Positions 62,380-64,000 of a DNA stretch of 64,000 bases are shown here, piece by piece. Source of the stretch: Muribaculaceae bacterium (GTDB taxonomy: Bacteria > Bacteroidota > Bacteroidia > Bacteroidales > Muribaculaceae). The notes under the pieces were generated by a model that saw nothing but the letters and a program-made list of their open reading frames with translations, was not told where the DNA came from and did not search any database. The stretch spans positions 1,820-65,819 of the forward strand of contig JAGBIJ010000022.1 of the NCBI GenBank assembly GCA_017935045.1. The letters run 5' to 3'. How positions within the stretch are numbered: position 1 is the first letter of the stretch; each line of letters opens with the position of its first letter. A program made the translations under genes and the position numbers.

Positions 62380-62428
62380 ACGGTTTCAGTGCTATAGTTT
62401 CGGTTGATGATTGAACGGGATAACGGGC

Positions 62429-63145
62429 CTATTGCTTCAGACACTCGCGGTACGCCTTGATGGTCGCCTCGATGCCCATGTACAAGGCGTCGGAAATCAC
62501 GGCGTGGCCGATCGACACCTCATTGAGATAGGGCAGCGCCGAAGCGAAATACTGCAGGTTCTTCAGATTCAGGTCGTGGCCGGCGTTGACGCCAAGACCG
62601 GCCTTGTGGGCCGCCATGCTCGCCTCGATGAAGGGCGCGACGGCTGCCTCGCGGTCAGTCTCGTAGCCGTCGGCATAAGGCTTCGTGTAAAGCTCTATGC
62701 GGTCGGCGCCGGCACGAGCCGCGGAGCGGATATTGTCGGGATCAGTGCCTACGAAGACCGACGAGCGGATGCCCGCTTCGTTCAGACGCTCGATGATGTC
62801 GCTGAGAAAGGCGAAATTAGCCTCTACATCCCAGCCTGCCGATGAAGTGAGGTCATGCGGCCCGTCTGGCACAAGAGTCACCTGCTCCGGCTTCACTTTA
62901 AGTACCAGATCCATGAATCGTTCTGACGGATAACCTTCGATATTGAACTCCGTCTTGACCAGCGGACGCAGCATATAGACATCGTCATAACGTATATGGC
63001 GCTCGTCGGGCCGCGGATGGACTGTTATGCCCTGCGCCCCCATGCGCTCGCAGTCTATGGCGAACTGCTCCACATCGGGATTGTTCTCGCCACGGGCATT
63101 GCGCAACGTGGCTACCTTATTGATATTGATGCTTAAATTAATCAT
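62429..63145 (-). CDS. pdxJ: Pyridoxine 5'-phosphate synthase
   Basis: [28 protein letters not shown] and EVSIGHA. Confidence 0.97.
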   Translation of the reverse strand: MINLSININKVATLRNARGENNPDVEQFAIDCERMGAQGITVHPRPDERHIRYDDVYMLRPLVKTEFNIEGYPSERFMDLVLKVKPEQVTLVPDGPHDLTSSAGWDVEANFAFLSDIIERLNEAGIRSSVFVGTDPDNIRSAARAGADRIELYTKPYADGYETDREAAVAPFIEASMAAHKAGLGVNAGHDLNLKNLQYFASALPYLNEVSIGHAVISDALYMGIEATIKAYRECLKQ

Positions 63146-63356
63146 TAACTGACGCTTGAACCATTAAGCGGCGCACTGGGCGCGGCGTAACGGCAAAATA
63201 TTTTATAGTTAATTCTTCTCAGTTCGGCACAAAATTTGTAACTTTGGAGTCATAAAGAGTCTGGAGCTGACAAAGCCGAATTTCGACCGTGCAAAAATAG
63301 TCAAAATATTTGGATTACATAGCACCTCACTCAAGGATTTTTTTACAGACCCGTCA

Positions 63357-63851
63357 ATGCAAGCATATCAGATAGCCGACATACCCGCCCCCGCCCCCGC
63401 TCCCGACGCCCATGTAAGAGTCGCTCCCGACGCTTCGTTGACACATGTGGTTCAGTTACTTGTGGAAAATCAGGGCACCCCTATCGCAGTCGACGGCGAG
63501 CAAGGGCAGATAGACCTGTGGAAAGCACTGCGCGCCACAGGAAGCCTCATGCCCGACCTGCCCGATACCTCAGTGATAGAAGCCAGCTGCGCCGCGGGGC
63601 AATACAGCGCCTCAGCCATAGCCCGCGCAATAGAAGACACAGACGCCAACCTGCTTAGCCTGCTCTGTCGGCCCGCCCCGGGCGGAATGCTCCACATAAC
63701 CCTGCGCATCGACCACGCCGACCCCTCGGCCGCGGTCCGCTCCCTCGAACGCTACGGCTACGGCATACGCGCGGCTTACGGCACATCGTATTCCGACGCC
63801 GAACTAAGCCGCGAACGCATCACAGCACTACAGCGATACCTCAATATCTGA
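63357..63851 (+). CDS. CBS/ACT-like conserved protein (AcuB-like, degenerate CBS)
   Basis: YSASAIARAIE...NLLSL...LERYGY...R..ALQRYLNI C-terminus typical of the Bacteroidetes CBS protein next to NAD kinase. Confidence 0.7.
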   Translation: MQAYQIADIPAPAPAPDAHVRVAPDASLTHVVQLLVENQGTPIAVDGEQGQIDLWKALRATGSLMPDLPDTSVIEASCAAGQYSASAIARAIEDTDANLLSLLCRPAPGGMLHITLRIDHADPSAAVRSLERYGYGIRAAYGTSYSDAELSRERITALQRYLNI

Positions 63852-63864
63852 ATCTGACAGCCAA

Positions 63865-64000
63865 ATGCTTATATCACTCTACGGCAATACATCACAGACC
63901 CACGCCATCGCACCACTGCGCGACTTTATCGCATCGCTCCGACACTCCGGCATAGACATTGAGGCAGAACGCAATTTCGCTTCCTGGCTGTGTCGCAATC
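63865..64000 (+). CDS. Probable NAD kinase, N-terminal fragment (runs off the window)
   Basis: MLISLYGNTSQ... from ATG 63865; assigned mainly from the usual CBS-NAD kinase-pdxJ neighbourhood. Confidence 0.5.
   Translation, partial: MLISLYGNTSQTHAIAPLRDFIASLRHSGIDIEAERNFASWLCRN

Overview
A 64-kb chromosomal segment of a high-GC Bacteroidales genome, probably Muribaculaceae-like. The basis is the TAnnTTTG promoters, AT-rich Shine-Dalgarno-less start regions and the gene set. Most of it is housekeeping backbone: pckA, lpxB, rubrerythrin, topA, yidC, pyrG, menG, purC, fabF, acpP, ompA, mutS, xerD, YfhO, Lrp, an FKBP cluster, ClC, secG, lptE, a sigma-54 activator, tonB/exbD/exbB, pdxJ and the start of a probable nadK. 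An ~18.5-kb accessory-looking block lies between two convergent tRNA genes (Gln-TTG, Asp-GTC). It carries hcp-cupin-DUF488, an orphan beta-propeller membrane sensor facing a three-gene cluster, a GmrSD type IV restriction enzyme, a TraB/GumN-ABC-GntR operon with a visible operator, and a membrane Ser/Thr kinase plus HTH protein plus lipoprotein module. Non-coding signals absent from the ORF track include a ~290-nt multi-hairpin RNA with a repeated AUGUUUGGUUAA motif, and a ~70-nt sRNA whose unpaired core complements start-codon regions. There is also a MITE family (GAGGCTGTTTAA ends, TAA/TTA target duplication) seen as full, minimal and half copies, and two 9-bp-period repeat tracts. No CRISPR array, rRNA, transposase or island integrase was seen. 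All family assignments come from motif recognition without database searches.
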